Source: Phocaeicola dorei (lineage in GTDB: Bacteria > Bacillota_I > Bacilli_A > RFN20 > CAG-288). From it: a stretch of 51,411 nt of DNA. The notes under the pieces were generated by a model. The model made no database searches. It was not told the DNA's origin and was given only the letters and a program-made list of their open reading frames with translations. Shown here in pieces: positions 43,906-51,411 of the stretch. The stretch lies in the NCBI GenBank assembly GCA_963622735.1, contig CAVFIT010000027.1, positions 1-51,411 on the forward strand. Reading direction: 5' to 3'. The first letter of the stretch is position 1. Each line of letters opens with the position of its first letter. Made by a program: the position numbers and the translations under genes.

Positions 43906-44529
43906 TTGTGGATATGTTACGTTAAGTTTAATATTAGGTTACAACGAATTTATAAAATGTCATGGATATTTTCTTATGAAGAAGAATGTAAGTATATTAA
44001 GCCTGCACAAGGACCAATGCTTATAGACACTGTACCTACTATAGATAAATCGTTTTTGATTGATAATTTTGGTGAAGGAAATAGTGGTACTTGGTCTCAA
44101 ACAATTGATGATGCAGCAAAAAAATTCTTAACAGGGAAAGATGTTAAATATGAATTTTACAATAGGTATTGGCATTTTGGACATGTAACTGATCCAATTA
44201 AAAATAATAATGAACCAGTTATCTTATTTGGTAGTTTACCAGGTAATCCAGTAGGATTTGATGATGCAGATTCTGCAGGTAGTTATAGCGGTGATTATGG
44301 AAACCACGCGGTTGTTGTTTATGGATATTATCCTAATGATAATAGATTGATATGTCATTATGGATGGCAAGATGATAAAAAGTATACAAAAGTAGTTATT
44401 TCTTATCCTAGTTATTTTAAATTAGGTAGTATGTTTGCTATTTTAAATAAATCAGAACATAGATGTTGTTTAAGTTATTATGATGAATCAGATGCAATGG
44501 AATATTATTGTGCAAGGGGGTGTATATAA
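43906..44529 (+). CDS. Papain-fold (C39/C10-like) peptidase-like protein, probably N-terminally damaged; the start is doubtful (TTG 43906 or ATG 43957)
   Basis: GNHAVVVYGYYPNDNRLICHYGWQD resembles the His block of C39_2/C10-type cysteine peptidases. The upstream ATG 43854 with a good RBS is out of frame. Confidence 0.4.
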   Translation: MWICYVKFNIRLQRIYKMSWIFSYEEECKYIKPAQGPMLIDTVPTIDKSFLIDNFGEGNSGTWSQTIDDAAKKFLTGKDVKYEFYNRYWHFGHVTDPIKNNNEPVILFGSLPGNPVGFDDADSAGSYSGDYGNHAVVVYGYYPNDNRLICHYGWQDDKKYTKVVISYPSYFKLGSMFAILNKSEHRCCLSYYDESDAMEYYCARGCI

Positions 44530-44530
44530 A

Positions 44531-45139
44531 ATGATTAAAAAGAAATACTTAATGTTATTAACAGTACCTTTAATTACTTTAACTTCGTGTGGTGGAAACT
44601 ATATTAAAGCTGGAAAATATAATGTCGTTTCAATAGATAAAGAAGTGTCTGGAGTTATTACAAAAGACATGAAAATGGAATATTATGAACTTAAAAATGC
44701 TTTTTATTCAAAAATAGAATTAGCAAAAGATTTGGAGAAATTAGATTCATTAAAAGGCTATATGATTAGTATGAATTATAGTGTTAATAAGGATGGACAA
44801 AGTTATGATGCCAATTCTTATATGGTTTATAAATTTACTAATTGTGGATTAGCACAGTATCCTGTTATTAAAATTGATAACTATATGATGCCTACAATTA
44901 TGAGTGAGCCAATAAAAGAATTATATGAAAATAAACATTATACAAAAGGTTATTTATGTAGATATTCACCAATATATAATGATGATGGTGGTAAAAAAGT
45001 ATACTTTACTTTCTATTTAGTTAACTTTGAATATGATGAAAATGGTAATATAAAAGGTGATATAAAAACTGATCCACTTCAATATGTAGACTATGATATT
45101 ACTGATGAAATTAAAGTAACATTTCAGTTACAAGAATAA
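44531..45139 (+). CDS. Lipoprotein of unknown function
   Basis: ORF-track 44480 trimmed to Met18 after the AAGGGGG RBS; MIKKKYLMLLTVPLITLTSC|G lipobox. Confidence 0.8.
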   Translation: MIKKKYLMLLTVPLITLTSCGGNYIKAGKYNVVSIDKEVSGVITKDMKMEYYELKNAFYSKIELAKDLEKLDSLKGYMISMNYSVNKDGQSYDANSYMVYKFTNCGLAQYPVIKIDNYMMPTIMSEPIKELYENKHYTKGYLCRYSPIYNDDGGKKVYFTFYLVNFEYDENGNIKGDIKTDPLQYVDYDITDEIKVTFQLQE

Positions 45140-45173
45140 TTAAAAGAGCTGCTGGTATTAATTATCAGCAGTT

Positions 45174-46127
45174 TTATAATGTTTTAATTATTACTTCAGG
45201 ATAAGAAGATATTTCCTTAGTGGAAGAATTATAACCAAAACGTTCACCAAAGCCATCTTGATAATTTAAATATTCTTGAAAATTATAATAATGATCATAA
45301 GTATAAAATACTTTTCTATTTTCTAATGATACTAAACTAGATAATCCATAATTATAACGAGAATATACTATTCTTAGTGTACCTCTTGTTATTCTTGTAT
45401 TATTAGTATTATAATTTTTTCCACCTATATCTACTTCATAATAATCGTATAAACTACCACTTCCTGGTAAGCTAGGTTCATTAGGATATTTATTAGTGTC
45501 ATTTGAAAAATAAGAGTGATTATAACGAGAATATTTACCCCAGATTGAAGAAGATACAACACTTTTTGATGAAAAGTAATTACCTGGAACATCTCCAAAG
45601 GCTTGAATGTAACTTGCTACTTCATTGATACTAACATATCCTCCACCTTTATATATTTTATTTACGATATTTAAATTATAATCGTAAACTACATATGTGT
45701 TTCCATTATCTTCAAAACTAGAGGTGTAATATTTAACATATTTTGAATTTTCTTTAGGTTGATTAGAAAAATTAGAAGTAGTGGAATTAAAACTTAAGTC
45801 AATAGATCCAGACATAAATCCATGTTTAGATCTATAATAACTATCTAAATAACTAGTAGAAGGGGAATAATTAGAATAAAATTCACTACTAGTCATATTT
45901 ATATAAGGATCTAAATTGTTTTCTAAACTAGAAGTATAATAAGAATTAGAAGAAATTGAAGAAGTAGATTCAATATTAGACAATATATCTGATGATAAAT
46001 CTTGATTACTAGAGTAATATTCACTAGAAATATTTGAATTAGAACTAGAATTAAATTCAAAATTTAATGAGCAAGAATTAAGAGTTAATAATGATAATAA
46101 ACTAGTGAGTATTATTCTTTTTTTCAT
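45174..46127 (-). CDS. Lipoprotein with C-terminal barnase / RNase N1-T1 family ribonuclease domain
   Basis: Lipobox LLTLNSC|S and a Ser/Asn/Tyr-rich linker. The C-terminal domain aligns by eye to barnase: VASYIQAFGDVPGNYFS, FSND, LPG, YYEVDI, TRGTLRIVYS, YTYDHYYNF. Confidence 0.8.
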   Translation of the reverse strand: MKKRIILTSLLSLLTLNSCSLNFEFNSSSNSNISSEYYSSNQDLSSDILSNIESTSSISSNSYYTSSLENNLDPYINMTSSEFYSNYSPSTSYLDSYYRSKHGFMSGSIDLSFNSTTSNFSNQPKENSKYVKYYTSSFEDNGNTYVVYDYNLNIVNKIYKGGGYVSINEVASYIQAFGDVPGNYFSSKSVVSSSIWGKYSRYNHSYFSNDTNKYPNEPSLPGSGSLYDYYEVDIGGKNYNTNNTRITRGTLRIVYSRYNYGLSSLVSLENRKVFYTYDHYYNFQEYLNYQDGFGERFGYNSSTKEISSYPEVIIKTL

Positions 46128-46281
46128 ATGGAATTATTCTAATATATTAAATAATTTTAAAACAAGGAAAATGGGATAAATTTAATTATATTTAGGTTAT
46201 TATTTAAATGTTTTATAGTAAAAATCATATACAAATAAGTTGTAGGTGTTTTAAATTAAATATGATATTATATTTAAGAAT

Positions 46282-47817
46282 ATGAAAAAAATATTAAAAC
46301 CATTAACATTATCTATATTAATAATTACATTATCTTCTTGTTCATTTAACACTTCTTCAAGTCAAGTAAATAATAGTAATACAAATTCATCTACTGTTAG
46401 TATAGATTTAAGTAACTCAAATTCTTCTACTAGTAGTGTTTCTAAATCTTATAAAAATGAAATAGTAACTATATATGCAGTTAATGATATGCATGGTAAG
46501 ATTAAAAATACTAGTAAATATACAGGTATTGTTGGTTTACAAGGGGCTATAAAAAATGACGCTAGATATGATGAAGAATCATTTGTAATATCTAGTGGTG
46601 ATATGTGGCAAGGTAGTTATCTTTCTGGTAATGATAAAGGAGAAACTACTACTTTATTAATGAATGATTTCGGTTTTAAGTCTATGACACTTGGAAATCA
46701 TGAATTTGACTGGGGAATTAGTCAAATTAAATCTAATATGGAAGTCGCTGACTTTCCATTATTATGTGCTAATTTAATAGATGAAAATGGTAAAAAAGCA
46801 ACATGGGTAGATGATTATACAATTGTAGATTGTGGTACCAATTATAAAGTAGGTATTGTTGGTTTAATAGATAAAGTAGAATCTTCTATAAAATCTACTA
46901 AACTAGAAGGTTACACTTTTTCTAGTAATTTAACATTCGTTTATAAAGCTGTAAGTGATTGTAAACAAGCAGGAGCTGATGCAGTTATTTTGTCTATTCA
47001 TGGAGACCAAGATGCTTCATATGTTAATAGTATTCAAAAATTAGATGATTTAGATGTAGTAGGAATATTTGGAGGACATTCTCATTCTTATCAATATGAA
47101 CCTACTTCTTCTTATATTAAAATTCCTTATGTTCAAGGTGGATCGGATTCTAATGGTTATTGTTCTATGACAATAAATAAAACTACTAATAAAGCAATTA
47201 GTATATCTTATACAACTTTAGATCCATCTAATGTAAATACTTATATTAAAACTGCTGATTCTAATTTCGCTAGTAAAGTAAATGCTTATATTCAATCTAC
47301 TCCTGATCCTATTGTAGGATATGTTCAAGGTAATTGGACAAAAGATAAGACTGCTAATTTAGTATTAAAAGCAATGTTTGAAGCCTGTAAGATTCAATTT
47401 CCAGATGAGAATTATACAACTAGTAGTTTAATTGCTGTTCATAATACTGCAGGTGTTAGAGGTAGTTTACCTGTTTCTAACTCCGCAAAAGAAATCACAA
47501 TGGATGATATTCAAATAGTATCACCATTTGACAATGCAGTTGTACTATTAAAAGAAAATACAGTTAGTACATCTCAATTGAGCAATAATTATTGTTATCC
47601 TATGGTTACTTCTGTTACTAATAATCAAGTATATGATGTAGTAGTTATTGATTTTTTAATATCTAATTCTAGATATTGTTATGGAACTTTTGATACATCT
47701 AATACTGAAAATTTATTAGATAAAGATGGTAACGATTATATTATTTATGATGTTGTAGCAGATTATATTACTAGAAATTCATCTTCTACAAATCCTATAC
47801 TCGCTTCTGATTATTAA
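46282..47817 (+). CDS. 5'-nucleotidase / metallophosphoesterase lipoprotein (UshA-like)
   Basis: Lipobox TLSSC|S; motifs VNDMHGK, SGDMWQGS, GNHEFD and GGHSH; C-terminal nucleotidase domain. Confidence 0.85.
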   Translation: MKKILKPLTLSILIITLSSCSFNTSSSQVNNSNTNSSTVSIDLSNSNSSTSSVSKSYKNEIVTIYAVNDMHGKIKNTSKYTGIVGLQGAIKNDARYDEESFVISSGDMWQGSYLSGNDKGETTTLLMNDFGFKSMTLGNHEFDWGISQIKSNMEVADFPLLCANLIDENGKKATWVDDYTIVDCGTNYKVGIVGLIDKVESSIKSTKLEGYTFSSNLTFVYKAVSDCKQAGADAVILSIHGDQDASYVNSIQKLDDLDVVGIFGGHSHSYQYEPTSSYIKIPYVQGGSDSNGYCSMTINKTTNKAISISYTTLDPSNVNTYIKTADSNFASKVNAYIQSTPDPIVGYVQGNWTKDKTANLVLKAMFEACKIQFPDENYTTSSLIAVHNTAGVRGSLPVSNSAKEITMDDIQIVSPFDNAVVLLKENTVSTSQLSNNYCYPMVTSVTNNQVYDVVVIDFLISNSRYCYGTFDTSNTENLLDKDGNDYIIYDVVADYITRNSSSTNPILASDY

Positions 47818-47824
47818 TAAAATA

Positions 47825-47862
47825 CTGTTAGATAAATACTAGGAATTTATCCTAAAAAATCT
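47825..47862 (+). terminator. Rho-independent terminator
   Basis: CTGTTAGAT ... ATCTAACAG followed by TTTTT. Confidence 0.7.
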
Positions 47863-47984
47863 AACAGTTTTTAATTTATCTACAAACTATAAACATACAT
47901 ATTTAACATCAATTTAATTAAACTAAAAATTTGATATAATCTACTAGAATAGATGTACTAATTAATAGGAGTAAAAGTTTCATT

Positions 47985-49301
47985 ATGAATATTATTTTGT
48001 TATCAGGTGGTTCAGGTAAAAGATTATGGCCATTATCAAATGATGTAAGAAGTAAACAATTTATTAAGATCTTTAAAAATGAGAATGGTGAATATGAATC
48101 AATGGTACAAAGAATGTATCATTCTATTAAGAAAATAGATAAAGACGCTAATGTAACTATTGCTACATCTAAATCACAAGTGTCTGAACTTGTTAATCAA
48201 TTAGGTGAAGATATTAATTTATCTATTGAACCATCTAGAAAAGACACTTTTCCTGCAATAGTTTTAGCAACTTCTTATCTTCATGATGTAAAAGGAATTT
48301 CATTAGATGAATCTGTTGTTATTTGTCCAGTAGATCCTTATGTAGATGATAATTATTTTAAGGCTTTAGAAAGACTTTATATTTTAGCTAAACAAGGTAC
48401 ATCTAATTTAACTTTAATGGGAGTTGAACCTACTTATCCATCTTCAAAATATGGTTATATAATACCTAAAACTAAAGATGAGGTTTCTTTAGTGTCTTCT
48501 TTTAAAGAAAAACCAAGTCAAGAACAAGCAAAAGAATATATTAAACAAGGTGCTTTATGGAATGCAGGTATATTTGCATATAAGATTAGCTATGTATTAG
48601 ATATTGCACATAAGTTAATAGATTTTAGTGATTATTATGATTTATTTTCTAAATATGATAGTGTTAATAAAATTAGTTTTGATTATGCTGTAGTTGAAAA
48701 AGAACCATCTATTCAAGTAATGCGCTTTAATGGGTTATGGAAAGATTTAGGTACTTGGAATACATTAGTTGAAGCTATGGAAGAAGATTGTATAGGGAAT
48801 ATTATTTTAAATGACAAGTGTAATAATGTTAAAGCTATTAATTCTTTAAATGTTCCACTTGTTTGTATGAATTTAAATGATTTAATTGTTGTATCTTCTT
48901 TTGAAGGGATTTTAGTTACTACTAAAGAAGGTTCTTCTAATATTAAACCTATTGTTGAAAAAATCGATGATTATAAAATAAAATACGCTGAGAAAAGTTG
49001 GGGGAAATATCAAGTTATTGATTTTAATGATACCTCTATTACAGCTAAAATAACGCTTAATAAAAACCATCAAATGTCATATCATGCTCATCAATATAGG
49101 GATGAAATATGGACTATTTTATTAGGTGAAGGGAAAGTTATTGTTGATGGAATGAGTCAACATGTCCATAAAGGGGATGTTATTACTATTCAATCAGGAT
49201 GTAAACATACAATAATTGCAGATAGTGATATTGAATTAATTGAAGTTCAATTAGGTAATAATATCGATGTAAAAGATAAGAAAAAATATGAGTTTGAATA
49301 A
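47985..49301 (+). CDS. manC: Mannose-1-phosphate guanylyltransferase with C-terminal cupin domain
   Basis: LSGGSGKRLWPLS nucleotidyltransferase N-terminus; C-terminal cupin (HAHQYRDEIW...G). Confidence 0.8.
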   Translation: MNIILLSGGSGKRLWPLSNDVRSKQFIKIFKNENGEYESMVQRMYHSIKKIDKDANVTIATSKSQVSELVNQLGEDINLSIEPSRKDTFPAIVLATSYLHDVKGISLDESVVICPVDPYVDDNYFKALERLYILAKQGTSNLTLMGVEPTYPSSKYGYIIPKTKDEVSLVSSFKEKPSQEQAKEYIKQGALWNAGIFAYKISYVLDIAHKLIDFSDYYDLFSKYDSVNKISFDYAVVEKEPSIQVMRFNGLWKDLGTWNTLVEAMEEDCIGNIILNDKCNNVKAINSLNVPLVCMNLNDLIVVSSFEGILVTTKEGSSNIKPIVEKIDDYKIKYAEKSWGKYQVIDFNDTSITAKITLNKNHQMSYHAHQYRDEIWTILLGEGKVIVDGMSQHVHKGDVITIQSGCKHTIIADSDIELIEVQLGNNIDVKDKKKYEFE

Positions 49302-50292
49302 TAGTATAGAACCATTTAAGCTTCGCCCTACTAGTAAAGATTCTTTATGGGGTGGTAAAAGACTTATTGAGGAATTTAATAAAAATATTGATGTGTTTCC
49401 ACTTGCAGAATCATGGGAATGTTCAACTTATCCACATATGGAATCTATAGTGGATTCAGGTGAATTTGAAAATATGAAATTAACAGATGTTTTAAATAAA
49501 CATCCTGAATATATAGGAACTCATCCTAAAATTATTAATAATCAAATACCAGTTTTAGTCAAATTTATAGATGCTAATAAGGATTTATCAATCCAAGTTC
49601 ATCCAGATGATGAATATGCAAAAATTCATGAAAATGGAATATTAGGTAAAACTGAAATGTGGTATGTAGTTGATGCTAGTAAAGATGCATCAATTATATA
49701 TGGATTTCATCATGAAGTAACTAAACAGCAAATAAAAGAAGCGATTAAAAATGGTGATTTAGAAAAATACATGAATAAAATACATGTTAAACCACAAGAA
49801 GTATATTTTATTCCACCTGGACTAGTACATGCTATATGTAAAGGTTGCTTAATCATTGAAATTCAACAATCAAGTGATTTGACATATAGATTATATGATT
49901 ATAATAGACTTGATAAAACTAATCAGTTTAGAAAGCTTAGTATAGATAAAGGGTTAGATGTAGCAAATTTAAAACCAGTAGAAAAACCACATCAAAGTTT
50001 AAATGTTTATAATTTTAAGCAAGGTAGAATAAGTCAATTACTTGCAAGATGTAAATATTTTCAAGTAGAAAGATTTATTATAAATACTCAAAATAGAAAA
50101 GAATCAGCTTCATTTAAAACTGATTCTTCCTCATTTCAAATATTACTTTGTTATCGTGGATGTGGATCTATTATAAATATAAATACAGGTAATACAATTA
50201 CTTTTAATCAAGGTGATTGTATATTTGTTCCTGCTAATTCAGATGAATTAAAAATATATGGACAAAGTGAATTTATAAATGTTCGTTGTTAA
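49288..50292 (+). CDS. manA: Mannose-6-phosphate isomerase, class I
   Basis: LWGG, VLVKFIDA...LSIQVHPDD, TEMWYV and HAI motifs. Confidence 0.85.
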   Translation: MSLNNSIEPFKLRPTSKDSLWGGKRLIEEFNKNIDVFPLAESWECSTYPHMESIVDSGEFENMKLTDVLNKHPEYIGTHPKIINNQIPVLVKFIDANKDLSIQVHPDDEYAKIHENGILGKTEMWYVVDASKDASIIYGFHHEVTKQQIKEAIKNGDLEKYMNKIHVKPQEVYFIPPGLVHAICKGCLIIEIQQSSDLTYRLYDYNRLDKTNQFRKLSIDKGLDVANLKPVEKPHQSLNVYNFKQGRISQLLARCKYFQVERFIINTQNRKESASFKTDSSSFQILLCYRGCGSIININTGNTITFNQGDCIFVPANSDELKIYGQSEFINVRC

Positions 50293-50343
50293 TTGAAAAT
50301 ATATTTTAAAACGTGAAAAACTTTTTGTCTTGATAATAATATA

Positions 50344-50956
50344 TTAGCAATTGGCGATTAAATCTTTTAATCTAATAAAATAATCAAATCTAGGTAATAA
50401 GAAGTCAGATTTACCTCTAGTATTAGTATTTAAAATACCTTCTTGTGATAATCTTTTCTTATATATTGCTAGTGAACCTTTTGTCATATTTAATTTATCC
50501 ATTATTTCTTGATTACTAGTTATACCATTTGCAATTAAAGATAAAATTTTTTGTTCGGTGTTTGTTAGTTCGTTATAAATAATTTCATAACTCCAATCAC
50601 CAATTTTTAAATCAAATTCTTTAATCACTTTGTTTGTTAATGCTGTTAGGTTATTTCTAAATAATATATCTCCTAGCAATTGATAAGCCATTTTCATATA
50701 AAAGGCTAGCTAATTGTTCTAACATATTATCAGATTGGGTTAATCTAGCTACAACCCAGTCTTTTTTGCTTTTATAACAATCTAATATGTGGCTAAGTGT
50801 TACAGTTTTACCACAACCTCTAGGACCAGTAAGTATATAAACGGTATTTCTAGTATTAATATCATTAAAATCATCAAATATTGATGCTATTTGGTAATCT
50901 CTTTGTATTATTTTCTCGTTGGTTCTACCAAAAGAAATAGAAAATGGATTTTGCAT
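50344..50956 (-). pseudogene. Decayed P-loop ATPase + winged-HTH gene: frameshifted into two overlapping ORFs and internally truncated
   Basis: The N-terminal piece has Walker A GPRGCGKT but no Walker B region. The C-terminal piece (different frame, overlap 50657-50697) has an HTH-like EQKILSLIANGITSNQEIMDKLNMTKGSLAIYKKRL. AGGAGG RBS before ATG 50956. Confidence 0.6.
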
Positions 50957-50974
50957 AGATTATCCTCCTAAAAA

Positions 50975-51054
50975 CATTGTACTTCATTGTACTTTTAAAA
51001 ATAAGTTGTACTTCGTTGTACTTTTATATTTTTATTGTACTTCATTGTACTTCT
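50975..51054. repeat. Three tandem units of about 29 bp, each holding two TTGTACTT octamers 10 bp apart (six phased octamers)
   Basis: TTGTACTT at 50977, 50987, 51006, 51016, 51035 and 51045; core TTGTACTTC(A/G)TTGTACTT. Confidence 0.9.
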
Positions 51055-51174
51055 TACAGCCTCTCACCTGGAGAGTTAAATGTGAAACTCGCTTGGAATT
51101 TATTAGAAAATTATAAAAACTCACTCGGAATTTGTTTTTTAAAATAGATAATGGACAAAAGGTGGGGATTAAAG

Positions 51175-51411
51175 ATGTATTTTAAAAGAAAAATAGATGT
51201 TAGTTTAGACAAGTAGTTAAATGTATCAAATTCAACACCTTGTTTAATTGTTGGCATTGGACAATGTGGTAAAACAGAAAGTGTTAGAGAATTAGCAAAA
51301 AGAAATAATTTAAAGTTGATTGAGATAAATTTTTGGAATAATCCAGAATATATTCAAGACTTTGAAAATGAATTAGACGTTGATATTATTATTTTAAATA
51401 TTTCATTAAGA
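51175..51411 (+). pseudogene. AAA_14/DUF4143-type ATPase gene, 5' part only (window end), with an in-frame TAG
   Basis: GGTGGGG RBS; MYFKRKIDVSLDK*LNVSNSTPCLIVGIGQCGKTESV. The TAG (51214-51216) sits where I recall this family having Trp (TGG); Walker A GQCGKT. Confidence 0.55.

Noticed and set aside
50975-51054. Possible CRISPR array
   Set aside because: There are only three units, the roughly 11-nt spacers are simple AT-rich sequence, and no cas genes are present. The geometry fits protein-binding iterons instead.
50919-51116. 65-aa ORF across the TTGTACTT repeat array
   Set aside because: Its sequence is just the translated repeats; it has no RBS and lies in a divergent promoter region.

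Overview
Low-GC segment (roughly 30% by eye) from a Firmicutes/Mollicutes-like chromosome. It reads with the standard code: TGA acts as a stop, TGG encodes Trp, and there are many Cys-lipobox lipoproteins. No transposase, integrase, CRISPR array or rRNA was seen. Left part (1-12.6 kb): uracil permease; two tandem paralogous lipoproteins with duplicated promoter, leader and signal peptide; a MATE / MerR / EEP-hydrolase / MATE efflux module with a textbook 19-bp-spacer MerR promoter; tRNA-Lys(CTT); PiT plus DUF47 phosphate uptake; a yybP-ykoY Mn riboswitch with mntP; and a compact four-gene DUF3990/DUF3791 accessory module whose first gene has an in-frame stop. Centre (12.7-39.2 kb): a large locus for pectin / rhamnogalacturonan oligosaccharide use in which all recognisable CAZymes look cytoplasmic. 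It holds CE4-like deacetylase, CE12, CE8, GH28 and GH105, with uxaB-uxaA-uxaC, kduI, eda and two kdgK copies. Its most unusual parts are a MATE-GH105 fusion ORF coupled to an orphan MsmK-like ATPase, and an LplABC-type ABC importer operon. That operon has an oversized 751-aa lipoprotein binding protein, an embedded ATPase and five extra uncharacterised small polytopic membrane proteins. Right part (39.2-51.4 kb): a secreted Tyr-rich protein with a 4-TM partner; ppdK; a cysteine-peptidase-like ORF with a broken poly-A leader, coupled to a lipoprotein; a barnase-type RNase lipoprotein with no visible barstar, divergent from a 5'-nucleotidase lipoprotein; manC-manA; and a decayed region with two pseudogenised ATPases flanking a helically phased TTGTACTT repeat array. 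All functional calls rest on motif recognition in the supplied translations, and no searches were run.
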